A stretch of 64,000 bases of DNA from Camelus ferus (Eukaryota). The notes beneath the pieces are model-generated. The model did no database searches and was not told where the DNA came from. It saw only the letters and a program-made list of their open reading frames with translations. Shown here piece by piece: positions 12,500 to 24,630 of the stretch. Each line of letters opens with the position of its first letter. The stretch's first letter is position 1. Both the position numbers and the translations under genes were made by a program. Location of the stretch: NCBI RefSeq assembly GCF_009834535.1, contig NC_045721.1, positions 19,096,001 to 19,160,000 on the forward strand. The letters are read 5' to 3'.

Positions 12500-12780
12500 A
12501 TCTGACCAAAACTAAGTTCATCCTTCTCCTTTGATCACCTCGCCCAACCCAAATCCACTTTCTCAACCTTTTCATTTTTCTACTGAAATAACCATTTTCG
12601 CCTCGAAAATTTGGTGACATTTTTGACTCTTCCGTTCTCTGATCTTTTCTATTTAATCAAGTTTGTCGTTAGTTTCTCAGAATATACCCTGGTTTTGTAT
12701 CTTCCCCTGGACTCCTACCACAGAGCCCGACCGAGATTCCTATTACCCTTCCTCTCAGTGATCACAGAAAACCCCCTGTC
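12500..12780 (+). mobile_element. L2 fragment
   Basis: Pyrimidine-rich, ggtgacatttttgactcttcc motif. Confidence 0.5.
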
Positions 12781-12934
12781 TATTGACTAGGGAGAAGGCC
12801 TGTGAAAAATCTGCGTGCTGACATCTTTGCCTACTGCCTCTTCCCACTCCAGCCTAGCCTGCATGCAATGACAGCTTCCTGAACTAACAATGGTTTACTG
12901 CTGCTAAGCCACAGCCCAAGTTTCGTTTACCCAA

Positions 12935-13560
12935 TAATATTCAAGTACTGTGAGGACACAGAAGGAGAAGACAAGTTTGTTGCCCTAAAGGAGTTGACTC
13001 TCTTGTTGGAGATGAGATTGACCCACGTGAAGCAGCTAGAACACAAATCTCAGGCAAGTGCAACAAACAAACACACAAACTATATGAGGAAAGTGAACGA
13101 GGAAATGTTTGCTTCGTGCTGGGGTTCGTTTGGAAGGCTTAAATTGTAGGCTAACCTTTAACTAAACTTGAAGGGAGAAGCCAAGACTTAGGAAAGTCAA
13201 GAAGATGATTATAAGGAAGACTGAAGATCAGTAGCAACGTTGGTTTGGAAAGCAAGTGAAGAGACAGACTTCTGGATAGACAGGGTGGGGCCAATTGATG
13301 ACTTCAAACTCCAAGTGGGAGAACTTGTATTTGACATGGGGGGCCACGTGGAGGTTCCGTAGAAGAGATTTATTACGAGAAAAGAGCTCGGAGAAAGATT
13401 AACCTGGATGCTCTTCCAGGGTACAAAGACCTTGTGGCAGCAATTTGGCTGTGAAGTGATGACCCTCTTTTTAAGTGTGGGAGCCAAGTAGACTCACTGG
13501 AAATGGTTCATTCATTCATTCCACACACACTTATTGCACACCTACCATAGCACGATGGAT
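12935..13560 (-). mobile_element. L2 fragments
   Basis: gccctaaaggagttgactctc..., tcattcattcattcc...cacctac. Confidence 0.55.
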
Positions 13561-14389
13561 ATATCAGTTAAAAAAAAGACTGAATTAGGGTTTACCTATG
13601 TTGATAATGGTTTACAAATGTTTACGTGTTAGGATATTCTGGTGAGACATCTTATAGATTATTGAGTGTGTGAGGATTGTAAAGATACTTGAAACTGGAA
13701 AAAAGTGCTGGTATTTCAGTGCATGATAACCACAGCTATTGACATTAATACAAAACATATTCCCCAAATGCATATATTCTCTTTCAAATTCACTAAATTT
13801 TCTATGTCGTTACTACAGTAGATCCACGTGATGCTGGCTCCACTGCTATTTCTGAAATTAACTTACAGTTTCCTATGTGACTTACTGAATGGTTAGAAAT
13901 TCCCTTTAGCTGTTCATTCTGTCATTGTGGCAATACTCAGAAGGTCTTCACTTAAACCCTTAATATATTTAGAAATGCTTCCTGGGCTGTTATCCCACCC
14001 AGTTCCAAGGAGTAAGACACAATCATTACCCTCCTTCCTTTCTTCCTTCCTTGGTTCCTTCTTTCCTTTCTTTTTCCAACCCCCTTCCTTTCTACAACAC
14101 ATAGACGCTAAACTCCTGCAGTATTTCAGGTACACACCCGGTAGCAGAAATCCAGTGATGAGTTAAATACTTTTCTGCCCCTTTGGAGCTTCCACCGTGT
14201 CTGATTTTAGAGGTTTGTTTCCTACTATTCTATACTGCCCTCCTACTCTTGAGTATACAGACACGCAAAGAGATCAGATATTATCTGTAAATAACCTAAG
14301 AGATGAAATATGTTCAATTCTGAAAGGTTCACATAGGCTTTTCTGATAATCTATTGCTTGAGTTGTCTTGAGAAATGCCAATTTCAGGC

Positions 14390-14900
14390 AGAGAAGCCTT
14401 CAGGACCACTGGGGAAAACGCAAAAGCAGGAGGCGAGATGGACACAAATGAAGCAACAGTTCAGATTGGCTGGAGCATGAGTGGTGTGGGTGGGGGCTGG
14501 GACAGGGCGGGAGGATGCCAAATGAGACAGAAAATGAAGCTGGAAGGACAGGGAGGAAAACGATCTTGAAGGGCTTTGCCTTACGTGCTGCCTACAGAAA
14601 TTTGCATGTTATCGTATTAGCAACAAGGAGCTGCTGAATGGTTTTCATCAAATGAATGACAAGGCAGAGATGGATTTTATTAAGGTTACTCTGGCGGCAG
14701 CTGGGAAGATAAATGTGAGGCGTGTGTGTGTTTGTGTGTGTCTGAGTTGTGTCTGGCTGAGCGGTAGGTGATGAGCGTTAGCAGATATCCATCCGCTGTA
14801 AATATTTGTACTGAGTAGATAAACGAAAACCCTGGAAATGGGGATAAAGATGCAGGGTCAGATTCAAGAGATAATTAAGAGGCAGAAGAAATTGATTATC
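14390..14900 (-). mobile_element. L2 fragment
   Basis: cagattggctggagc, aggagctgctgaatggtttt, aaggttactctggcggcag. Confidence 0.65.
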
Positions 14901-15966
14901 TTTTAAATGAAGAGTAAGGGAAAGAGAGGGGCGTGCATAGAATTTTCAAAACATTTCCAGCAGTATCTTTCATCTTTTCAAATTACTTAAAAATCACGAG
15001 ATCTCACCACGTTAACCTTATTTGGCTCGAACCACTCTACTGGTTCTGGAAATCTATACAGGACTGTGTCATGTTTCTGTTAAGCTGTGGTTATTGAAAC
15101 ATTTCTTTTTTTCTCACCAGCGCATCGGAGTGCTTGTATGGCCCCTTCTTTTAAATTGCAAAGTCTATCTTTGTAACACTCCACAGCACTGAGCCAAATT
15201 TAATCCACGTGCCTTTCTAAAGCAAATTCGTTTCTTCTTCTTTTTTTTAAATCCCCCATTCAAGGTATTTTTCCACATAAGCCACTCACATGAAAAACAG
15301 ATGAAGAAGCAGAAGGAAAAAGAAACTGGGAGAAAGAAATTGGGTATTGATGGTGAACTGAATCTGAATGCTTAAAACTCTGCTCAGGGTGCAGTGGGAT
15401 GGGGAGAAAGCAGGTTAGCCCCCACACCTACTTAATAAGTACAACACCCACTGAGCAAACATCTTGTGTCGTGGATTTTAGAACATTGTCTGCAACACAA
15501 GCCTGAGTGCACTTGTACTGAATGCCACCTACAGTAGTGCTTTCCTACACTCTGAACGGGAGAGGAATCAAACACAGGCGAACCTCTTCCAGACGATGTT
15601 CAAGTCTCAGACAGAAGAGATGAGAAAAACAAGAGAAAGGAAAGACAATGGCTGGTTTTCAGCTCAGAACCTCACTTTTTAAACAGACTGCTATTCGTGT
15701 TTAGACATGAGAATTTTAGGGTAGAAGGGTCACGTTATTTCTTCCTTTTATATTGTGCTCTGTCTAAAAAGGATTTCTTACTTTCCTAAGACAAGTACAT
15801 TTAGAGTAATTTATCCTGAATCCCCAAAATAGAGAAACAGGATACCAAAGCAATGCTTGTAGAATATTTAAAATAAATAAGTGTATAGGCATACTTTATG
15901 TATAAATATGCAAATTAAGAAAATTATGAAGACTGATCAGTTGCAGATTACAGCATTACATATAAT

Positions 15967-16234
15967 GAAAAGGAAACAGACTCACAGATGTAGAAAATAA
16001 ACCAGTGGTTACCAGGGGGGGCAAGGGCAAGACGGGGGTAGGGGATGAAGCAGCACAAACTACTATGCATAAAATCATTAAGCAATAAGGATATATTATA
16101 CAGCACAGGGAAATATAGCCATTATTTTGCCGTAACTTTAAGTGGAGAATAATCTACAAAAATCCTGAATCACTATGTTGTAACCCAAGCTAATATAATG
16201 TTGTAAATCAACTATACTTCAAAAAAAAAAAAAA
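15967..16234 (+). mobile_element. L1 3'UTR with poly(A)
   Basis: aaacagactcacagatgtagaaaataaaccagtggttacc...gtaaatcaactatacttc(A)14. Confidence 0.9.
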
Positions 16235-16360
16235 GAGCAAAATAAAGACATAAATATATAAATAATTATATACTAAATAAATGAAATCTATAATTAGCTT
16301 TTGTTACCATTTTTTTTCCTGGAAGAGAGCAGCAGATGGAATATTAAAAGCTTGTGTATC

Positions 16361-16677
16361 CAAGTGAACTTATTTACAAAACAGACACAGACTCACAGAC
16401 ATAGAGAATAAACTCATGGTTACGGGGGGGAAAGGAGGTGGGAAGGGACAAATTTTGGGGAGTTCAAGATTTGCAAATATTAACTACTATATATAAATTA
16501 GATAAACAACAAGTTTCTTCTGTATAGCACAGGGAACTATATTCAATATTTTGTAGTAACTATAATGAAAAAATATGAAAATGGACATATGTATATGTAT
16601 GACTGAAATATTATGCTGTACACCATCAATCGACACAACACTGTAAATTGACTATACTTTAATTTAAAAAAAAAAAA
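16361..16677 (+). mobile_element. L1 3'UTR with poly(A), camelid-type
   Basis: gaacttatttacaaaacagacacagactcacagac...gactatactttaatttaaaaaaa. Confidence 0.9.
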
Positions 16678-16679
16678 CC

Positions 16680-16730
16680 TTTAAACCAGAGGTCTCTTTA
16701 AACCAGAGGTCTTTTTAAACCAGAGGTCTG
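16680..16730. repeat. 3 x 17-bp tandem repeat TTTAAACCAGAGGTCT(C/T/G)
   Basis: Units at 16680, 16697, 16714. Confidence 0.95.
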
Positions 16731-16913
16731 CAAACTGCAAGTCTGCCGTGCCAGTTCTGTAAATAAAGTTTTGAAGGCACCCAGCCATGTCCATTCGTTT
16801 ACAGTTGACTGCTTTTTCACTACAATGGATCTGAGCGGTTGCCACCTTCAGTCACCCTAAAAGCCTAAAATATTTACCATTTGGCCCTTTAAGAAAAAGT
16901 TTGCCAACTAGTT
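16721..16913 (+). mobile_element. MER58A (hAT-Charlie) DNA transposon
   Basis: cagaggtctgcaaact...gtaaataaagtttt...aagcctaaaatatttaccatttggccctttaagaaaaagtttgcc. Confidence 0.85.
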
Positions 16914-16924
16914 CTTCTTTTTTC

Positions 16925-17150
16925 TCCCCTAACTGAAAATTTTACTGAGACAATTGTAGATTCATGTGCAATTTAAAGAAATAATACAGAGAAGATCTAG
17001 GTACCCTTTACTCAATTTCCCCAATGGTGACATCTTGCAAAACTAATATATCCACCTTTCTTATTCACATTTCCCCAGTTTTATTTATATTCCCGCGTGT
17101 GTGTATTTGTTCAATATGATTTTACTACATACATAGATGGTCTGTGTTGG
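16925..17150 (-). mobile_element. L1MC-type 3' end
   Basis: gagacaattgtagattcatgtgca...aaataatacagagaagatc...cccaatggtgacatcttgcaaaact. Confidence 0.8.
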
Positions 17151-18010
17151 CCAGTTTTAAACATAAACTTGTTAATTGCTTCCTCAATAATGAAGGCCTT
17201 TTTCTTATCATTTGTTTAGAAGGTAAAAATTGTAGTTATAAAACCCAAAATTACTAAATTCAAGTTAGCTTCGAGTTTAGCAGAAGATGGGGAGATAACC
17301 TGGGCAGAGGCAGCCAGATTTAGGGCCTGTCTGTGAAGTCATCTTTAAAAAAGGAAATGCATGCTCTATGTCTGTGAGCAGAATAAACTGTTTTACCATT
17401 TGCAGTTGCATTGTGAAGACTTTCCTTTTTGAAATAAATTTATTGAAAAGCTTACTTTCTTACACCAAATCTTGTGGGGAGGGAGGGCTACCAGGGAAGT
17501 GGCAGGATAGAGAGAGAAAAAGGAACAAAAATATAACCAAATGGAGGTGTATTAAGAGTTAGTTGTCAGATAAGACCAAAGCTCTATCTATATAAATCAT
17601 TTGAGATTATCAGAAAGGCAAAAATAACATACTTTACTATGTGCTTAATTTGAGTTAAAGTATATAATAGATAGCACTTATAAATGGGTCAGTGAAATAC
17701 TTTAGCATTCTAAATAATTCTTTAGATAGTGGCTCCAGAGAATTCACTTGCTTAAAACACACTGATTGCCACACCACCCACATCTGGGTGACTGATGTGT
17801 TTCCTCAGTGTCACCCAAACCACAGTGGGCGATCAACGTGTTGCAGATGCTTCCTTCACTTCCAAAGCAAGGAACTAATAAAGCAGAAGTTTCATAAATA
17901 CAGTTTAGTAGAGAAAGCAATAAATAAATGCATGAAGTAATGCATATCAAATGAAAACAATCCTTAGGTAAATCCTTCCTGTGAGTATCCTTTCTGGAAT
18001 AAAGTGGAGA

Positions 18011-18068
18011 ATAAATTAATGAATAAATAAATAATAAATAAATGAATAAATAAATAATAAATAATAAA
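18011..18068. repeat. (AAAT/AAT)n low-complexity repeat
   Basis: Visible tandem units. Confidence 0.9.
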
Positions 18069-19113
18069 GCTGTGGTAAATTGCAATTCTGATAGGAGGAG
18101 AAATCCACGTGTTATGGGACTCTGACATGACCAGTCATTTTATAAGATTGATAATAGGCATATGAAAGAATGTAAATTCCTAGCCTCGCATAACCAAAAC
18201 TGAACTGTCAAGTTTGTTGTAATAAAAAATCATGGGACTTTGAATAAATTGTGAAAAAGAATTTCAATTCATAAATGGAGAAGTCAGCATGTCCGAGAAC
18301 TAAGTCTTTTTGTGAATTAAAATATTTTTCTGAACTTGAAATGAAATGGAAAATACACTGAGCTAAAGACCCTCAAGAAGAATTCATTTTAGTTGTTGGG
18401 ATTACTGTCTAGTTTTACTCCTGAAAAACAAAATGTTTTCAGCTCTAAAAAATAAGTAGTAATAAATAATGACACATATGAAAAGAATTTCTGCTGAGGT
18501 ACACTCATTTCAATGATGTGTGAAATATGAATCTCAATATTTTCCTTATTAATAAATAAAACATAACATTGGGGAATATCTGGAAGTAAAGTATAAATAA
18601 ATTTTCTTTTAAATATTAAATCACAGAAAAAATTCAATTCTGATACAAAGCTCCAATAGCACTTTTCTTCTATGTATTTCTCTAGTCTCCATCTCAAATC
18701 CTTGAGAAAAATCTTCGGAATTTTTAACAAACATACTGTTTTGAAGTCATAAATATTTATTTCATTTGATGTAGGAAACCAGGCTAAAACACAAATATAC
18801 TGGATTTTCACTATTTCTTTTCTCTTTTCTTTACCCCTGTTTCTTTTCCTAAACGACTGTTTCTGATGGTGTCAAACAAATTTCACCCTTATATCATTGT
18901 GATGGTCTCCTAAAAATATGATCGAGAGGCTTGATTCCCACGTCAAAAAGCCTACTTAAACGTTTATTCAGAGGGATATACTTGAAAACTTGTCAGAACA
19001 CATCACTGAAATTTCTTCAAAATTCATACTTTAAATTGATTTGATAAATTTAGATGCCGTAAACATCAGGAAAATGTTAGTTCATATGAGTACAGCACGC
19101 ATTATTGGCTATG

Positions 19114-19303
19114 CAGTTGACCCTTGAACAACAGGGGTTTGAACTGCGTGGCTCCACTTATACGTGTGTATTTTCCAATGGTAAATACTACAGTACTACA
19201 TGGTCAGCAGTTGTCGAATCCGTGGACGTGGAGGAACGGTGGACACAGAAGGCTGACGATAAAGTATACTCAGATTAACCCCACATTGTTCACGGGTCAA
19301 CTG
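19114..19303 (+). mobile_element. Tigger2-family MITE (MER8-like)
   Basis: Terminal inverted repeats cagttgacccttgaacaa / ttgttcacgggtcaactg followed by TA. Confidence 0.88.
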
Positions 19304-19339
19304 TATTTCAAAACATCTCATCATTCAAGTGAGTCCTGC

Positions 19340-19515
19340 TACTCAAATCTCAACAATCCTGAGTCTGGTCAACTTGGATTTGAGTCTCTGAGTCTCATTT
19401 TTCTAATGCAGAAAATGTGGATTAATAGCTATGACCTCTGGAGGTTCAAGAAGAATGAAATTCAATGAAACAATATCTGGCACAATTTATAATTGATAGT
19501 AGATGATCAATAATA
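19340..19515 (+). mobile_element. MIR SINE
   Basis: ctctgagtctcatttttctaatgcagaaaatg core. Confidence 0.6.
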
Positions 19516-21064
19516 GTTTTTTTTTTTTAATTACTGCTTGACTTAAGTAGAATCAGCAAAGCCATGACTTAGAGCAGAGAAGGACTATATGGAGTTCTCA
19601 TTACTCTCCTTCCCATTCCCTTGTGCTCACCCTAGGTCTGTGACCTATTATTAATATATATGGCACTCTTGGCCACCAATAAGGTGCTAAAAAATTTCTC
19701 AAAACCCTGAATCAGGCAGTTACCAACAATGACTTTGAGTTACTATGTGAATTTAAGCCTCTTGTCAAACTATTTCTACCCTCTTTCAAAGGCACTAAAA
19801 GAAATTTCTTTAACTTGAATACTTCCCATTTTATTTTTTTCACTTAGTTCTAAATAGAAGTGATTGAGAGATCAGTTTGGTAAAATTTAGGAAGAGTCAT
19901 AGGTTACTGAAAATAGGGACACCCATTTGCAAATAAGTAAGTGTCTCAACACTGACAGCGTCATTAAAGTCAACTCTATTGTTGGTTTATTCATGGGCAC
20001 TGCGATTCTGAAGCTACTGCTAATTTACTTATTAAATGCAGACCTGTGCCTAAGATGACCTGTGCTGTAACAAGGGACTCAGTGCACTTAAGTATTCTAT
20101 TGCTATCCTTTGGCATTTAAATATATGCTCCCCCAGATTGACAGCTACTTATGTGTGGCTGAAAAGACCAATGTGACAGACAAGCAAACTGTCTTGACAA
20201 CAATGTTCTCATTTTAAGACTAATCTTTGGTTTGTGGCTGTTTATAAAATATGCTGTTGTGTGCAAATCTGCTGCTCACTCCAGAATCAGTCCGAAGTCT
20301 TCGTTTTAAAACAGGTCATATCATTCCTGTTGCTGTGTACCAGAATGATCTTTGGTTTTTCTGTCATAGCAATTTATAATAATGTCACACTGTTTAAAAT
20401 TTTGCAATCTTGTGTGTTAATTATACACATCGGAGGAAAATACTCATTCTTATAATGCTCACAGCAATGGTTTCTTATATAGTTACTTTTCAATGGAAAT
20501 TTATATTGTCTGAAACATAAATCATATCACCAAAATGCATTACTAGGAAAATCCAACCCAAGGAACTAGAATTCTCAGTGAACTTGAATTTTCCTTATCT
20601 TTCCAATTTTAAAAGAGAAGAAAATGCAAAGAAAACAAAGTATGATTTATAAATATTAAAAAAAGACATATATAGGGACTGTCCTTACTATAACACAGAT
20701 CCATCGTCACTGCCTGTGCTTTTATGCCTCTAAGACAGTAAACGCAACAATAGTTATTACTTACTTGGCGTTTACTAAAGACACTGTCCTTTACGAGTAT
20801 TTATTTGGAGCTGTTTGTACAAAAGGGCAAAGATTTTGTAATCTTGCACTTAGAGAAGAATCATCTCCCCCCACCCTCAAAATGAATCTTGCCATTTCTG
20901 ACTAGTGTATTCCTGGGTTGTCTGTCAGCTCTTATGGCAAACTATAATCACGGTGTACAGCAGCCTCTCGGTGTGACTCAGAACCAGCTCACCCGTCACT
21001 ACTTACACAACGAAAACGATCATTTGTTCACTGGCCCTTCCCAAAGTTTTAAACCATTCAGAAC

Positions 21065-21225
21065 CACCACTGGTGGGAGTTTGAATCCTAGTTTGTCCAC
21101 TTTTTAGTTGACTTGATCTTTGACAAAGTTAAATAACCTCTCTGGGTTGTCATTTCTTACATGTTTGCAGACACTGAAATGACTTAATGTATGACAAATG
21201 CTCGAAACTCAACAGGTGATATTAT
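21065..21225 (+). mobile_element. MIR SINE
   Basis: gtttgaatcctag...ctttgacaaagttaaataacctctctggg. Confidence 0.65.
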
Positions 21226-21277
21226 CCTCTTTCTTCCTAAACCTCTTACAAATCTGCTTCTTTTTGTGTGTCTTTTC

Positions 21278-21342
21278 TTTTTATTTAATTTTTAATTGAA
21301 GTATAGTCAGTTTACAATGTTGTGTCAACTTCTGGTGTACAG
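21278..21342 (-). mobile_element. Very short L1 3' tail
   Basis: tttttaattgaagtatagtcagtttacaatgttgtgtcaacttctggtgtacagc. Confidence 0.85.
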
Positions 21343-21399
21343 CCTTCCTGTGTTTTTAATAAGGTCATATAAGACATCCCATCCCAACTGATACGATCC

Positions 21400-21610
21400 A
21401 AGTCAGAGGCCTTAGCGCCAGCTCGGATCTGTCCCACTCCGTGACCCTTGCCCCACCAAATGTAACCTCACACCAAGGCCAGCCAGCTCTGTCCTAAGGA
21501 GTATCTCTCCAATTTTAATGCTCGTTCCCCTACTCCCATCGTGCTGGTCCAGGCCTTCATTACCTTTAGCCTCAATTACAGCAATAGTTCAACTCATCTC
21601 CAAGCCTCAA
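21400..21610 (+). mobile_element. L2 fragment
   Basis: ctggtccaggccttcattacc...attacagcaatag. Confidence 0.55.
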
Positions 21611-21614
21611 AGTC

Positions 21615-21745
21615 CAGCACTGTCCAAAGAAATATAATGTGAGCTACATATATCCATATAATTTAAAATTTTCTAGTAACCAGATTAAAGAAAGAGAGAA
21701 ATGGAGTTAATTTTAATAATATATTCTGTTCAGCCCAATATATTC
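21615..21745 (+). mobile_element. MER33 (hAT-Charlie) 5' part
   Basis: cagcactgtccaaagaaatataatgtgagctacat...aaattttctagtaacc. Confidence 0.8.
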
Positions 21746-22344
21746 TATCTGTGCTTCCTGTGTCTACTAAATTTCCACTTTTACCCTTTGAAGCAAAGTT
21801 CAAACCTCACCTCTCCTGAGAAGACTCCCAGAAAGACACAAATACCCTAGGCCCAATTTCCTCCCTGACATTCTAACTAGCGGTTATCAGATGTATTTGC
21901 CCTTAATCACAAAATCATGCTGGCGGGTTCCCCAGCAGCTCCGTCACCCTGTCTGCTTCGGCAGGGCCCTCACTTCTGCTCATGAATACTTCTGTTTTCC
22001 CTTGTTCACGTCCCATCACATTCCTTACAGTGGCTGCTCTCGGCGTCTTCTACTCTTCCACTCAGATCACTCACGCGTCAAGCTCAGGAAATGACCAAGG
22101 TGGTTTTCTTTTCTAAGATTTGAGCCACTGAACTTGAGTCCTCACGTTTTCCTTCCTGTGTAGCTCAGAATCTCGCAATACACACTCGTACATTTCGATC
22201 AGGTGTGTTTATATTGAGGTATAATTAGCATACAATCAAGTGCACAGGCCTCAAGCGTCCAGTTCGATGAATCTGGCAATTGTGTACACCCGTCTAACCA
22301 TCACCCAAAACATGACACTTTTTTCAGCCACAATTACTCATATT

Positions 22345-22806
22345 ACTCAGATACTCTCAGCCGTAACAGAGAACAAAATAATGGCATTTGCAGCAACATG
22401 GAAGGACTTAAGAGATTATCATACTAAGTGAAATAAGTCAAAGACAAATATCACATGATATCACTTGTACGTGGAATACAAAAAAAAAGTTACAGATAAA
22501 CATATTTACAAAACAGAAACAGACTCACACAGAAAAAAAAAAAACACCTTATGGTTACCAAGGGGGAATTGGGGGGAGGGATAAATTAGGAATTTGGGAT
22601 TAGCAGATACAAACTACTATATATAAAACAGATAAACAACAAGGTCCTACTGTGGAGCACAGGGAACTGTATTCAATATCTTATAATAACTTAATAGTGG
22701 AAAAGAAGCTGAAAAGAATAGATTTATACATATGTATATGTATGTATAACTGTATCACTGTTGTATACCTAAAACATTGTAAATCAACTGTATGTTAATT
22801 AAAAAA
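22345..22806 (+). mobile_element. Younger L1 3' end nested in old L1
   Basis: atggcatttgcagcaacatgg...ggagggataaattaggaatttgggattagcagatac...gtaaatcaact. Confidence 0.9.
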
Positions 22807-22877
22807 TTTTTAAATGAATATTTTGCACACAGACAAAGACATATATATTTTCAGTTACGTGAAGTTTGTGTGTGTGA

Positions 22878-23015
22878 GAGGCTTAAACAACAGAAGTGAG
22901 GCTTAAACTTCTAGCCTCAGTTACAGAGGCTCGAAGTCCAAGGTCAAGGTGTCAGCAGGACTGGTTTCTTCTCAGGGCCTCTCTTCTTGCCTTAGAGGTG
23001 GCCCTCTTTTTTGGG
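22878..23015 (-). mobile_element. MLT1 LTR fragment
   Basis: ggcttaaacaacagaa...gaagtccaaggtcaaggtgtcagcagg. Confidence 0.75.
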
Positions 23016-23599
23016 TGCAGAACAAGATGTTAAACACTTCCTTCACCCAGGAAGTTCCCTTGTGCCCCTTTCCAGGTAACTCTCTTCCTTCTCCCACCCC
23101 GCAAGCCAGGCACAGCCACTCTCTCACGTCTGGCATCATATATATATTTGGTGTGAGTTCTTACGTTTCATATATTCATGCCATTGGAGTCATACAGTAC
23201 GTACTCTGTCACGTCTCACTTTGTTTCTGAGATGCATTCACAGTGTTGTGACTAGCAAGTAACTAGTATTACTAGTATTTCCTAGTATTCCATTGTGTGA
23301 ATAAACCATAACCTAGTCTGTTGATGGACACTAAAGTTGTTCCCAATTTTAGGTATGAACTTGGCTGCTATAGGAACATTTTTGCACAAGCCTTTTCTAA
23401 TATGTTTTCATATCTTCGTGGTACATATCTAAGAGTGCAATTACTGGGTGACAGGCCAGATGCTTAACTTTAGAAACAGCCATCCAACAGTTCCCCAAGG
23501 CATCTGTACCATACTAAATCCTCGTCGGCAGGGCTCCTCTTCCCTGGCTGCTTGCCTTCCAGCTTGCTGTGTCAAGCTTAAAATATGGTGATGGGTAAG

Positions 23600-23770
23600 G
23601 GCCCAACCCAGGAATGATGAGTTACAGGGTGCCACCGTAGTAATCCGGGTGAGAAATGCGGCTGGCTTATGTGAGTGTGACAGTGGTAGAGGTGCTAAAA
23701 AGTGGTAAATTCTGAATGTCATTTGAAGGTAGAGCCGACGGGATACGCTGATGAATTAGATGCACGTGTC
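23600..23770 (-). mobile_element. L2 fragment
   Basis: gtaatccgggtgagaaatg...tttgaaggtagagccgac. Confidence 0.65.
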
Positions 23771-23894
23771 TCCCACAACTGCATCTATAGTCCTATTCTC
23801 TCTCCCAAGCTCTACTGCTTACTTCTAAAACTCGGTAAGACACTACTGAATTCGTATCATTCCCTTAAAACCAACTCTCCAACATTACTAGTTC

Positions 23895-24630
23895 TTTTGA
23901 TTCAACTCATTCCCTTAAGAAGTAGTTTTGAGTACTTATTACATACATGCCAGACTCTGACCTAGGCATTTGGGTTACTTCTGTGACCAAAACAGAGTAA
24001 ATCTCTGTCTTTTTGAGGATTACCTTCTTGTGGGGGAAGATAGCAAATAATACATATAATTACAAAGTAAAGCCTATGGTAACTTAGTAGGCAGTAAGTG
24101 CTTTAGAAAAAAAAAAAAAGAGTAGGGTAGGGTAGGGATGTCCGGGTAAGCCTCACTGAGCAAAGACTGGACGGAGGAGATGAGAGCCGTTCAACAGGAA
24201 GGAATCTGGGTGAACAGAGTTCCAGGACAGGTCTAACTAGTGCAAGGACATGCCTGGTATAACCCAGGGACAGGCAGGAGGCCAACACGCCTGGAGTGGT
24301 GCGCCCGCGGGGGAAGAGGCAGCAGGAGCCAGACCCCATGGGACCGCATAAGCCATCATCAAGACGAGCCTTTCCTCTGAGCGAAATGGGGAGCTGGTGA
24401 AGAGTTTGGAGGGATAAACAACATAATCCAAGACGTAATTTAGAAGAATCACTCTGGCCACTGTGCTGAGAACAGAGGGGGAGGGGGTGTCAAGGGTGAA
24501 AACAGAAAGACCAGGCAGCAATCTTCTGCAGAATCCAGGTGAGATTGGATGGCTATCCAGGCTAACGAGCTAGCAGGAGACACGACGGGGTGGTCGGATT
24601 CTGATCATATTGTGACGACAAAGCCAACCT
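23895..24630 (-). mobile_element. L2a 3' region
   Basis: tttgagtacttattacatacatgccag...agaatcactctggccactgtg. Confidence 0.75.

Larger units (their letters stand above)
22205..23520 (-). mobile_element. Old L1 (L1MB/ME-type) 3' region interrupted by younger elements
   Basis: ttatattgaggtataat... at 22205-22325 resumes at about 23020 (cccaggaagttcccttgtgcccctttcc) to 23520. Confidence 0.75.

Noticed and set aside
16680-16730. CRISPR-like direct repeats
   Set aside because: Eukaryotic DNA, repeats are contiguous with no spacers
18389-18811. 140-aa minus ORF
   Set aside because: AT-rich low-complexity translation (F/I/L/K-rich) with no homology recognised
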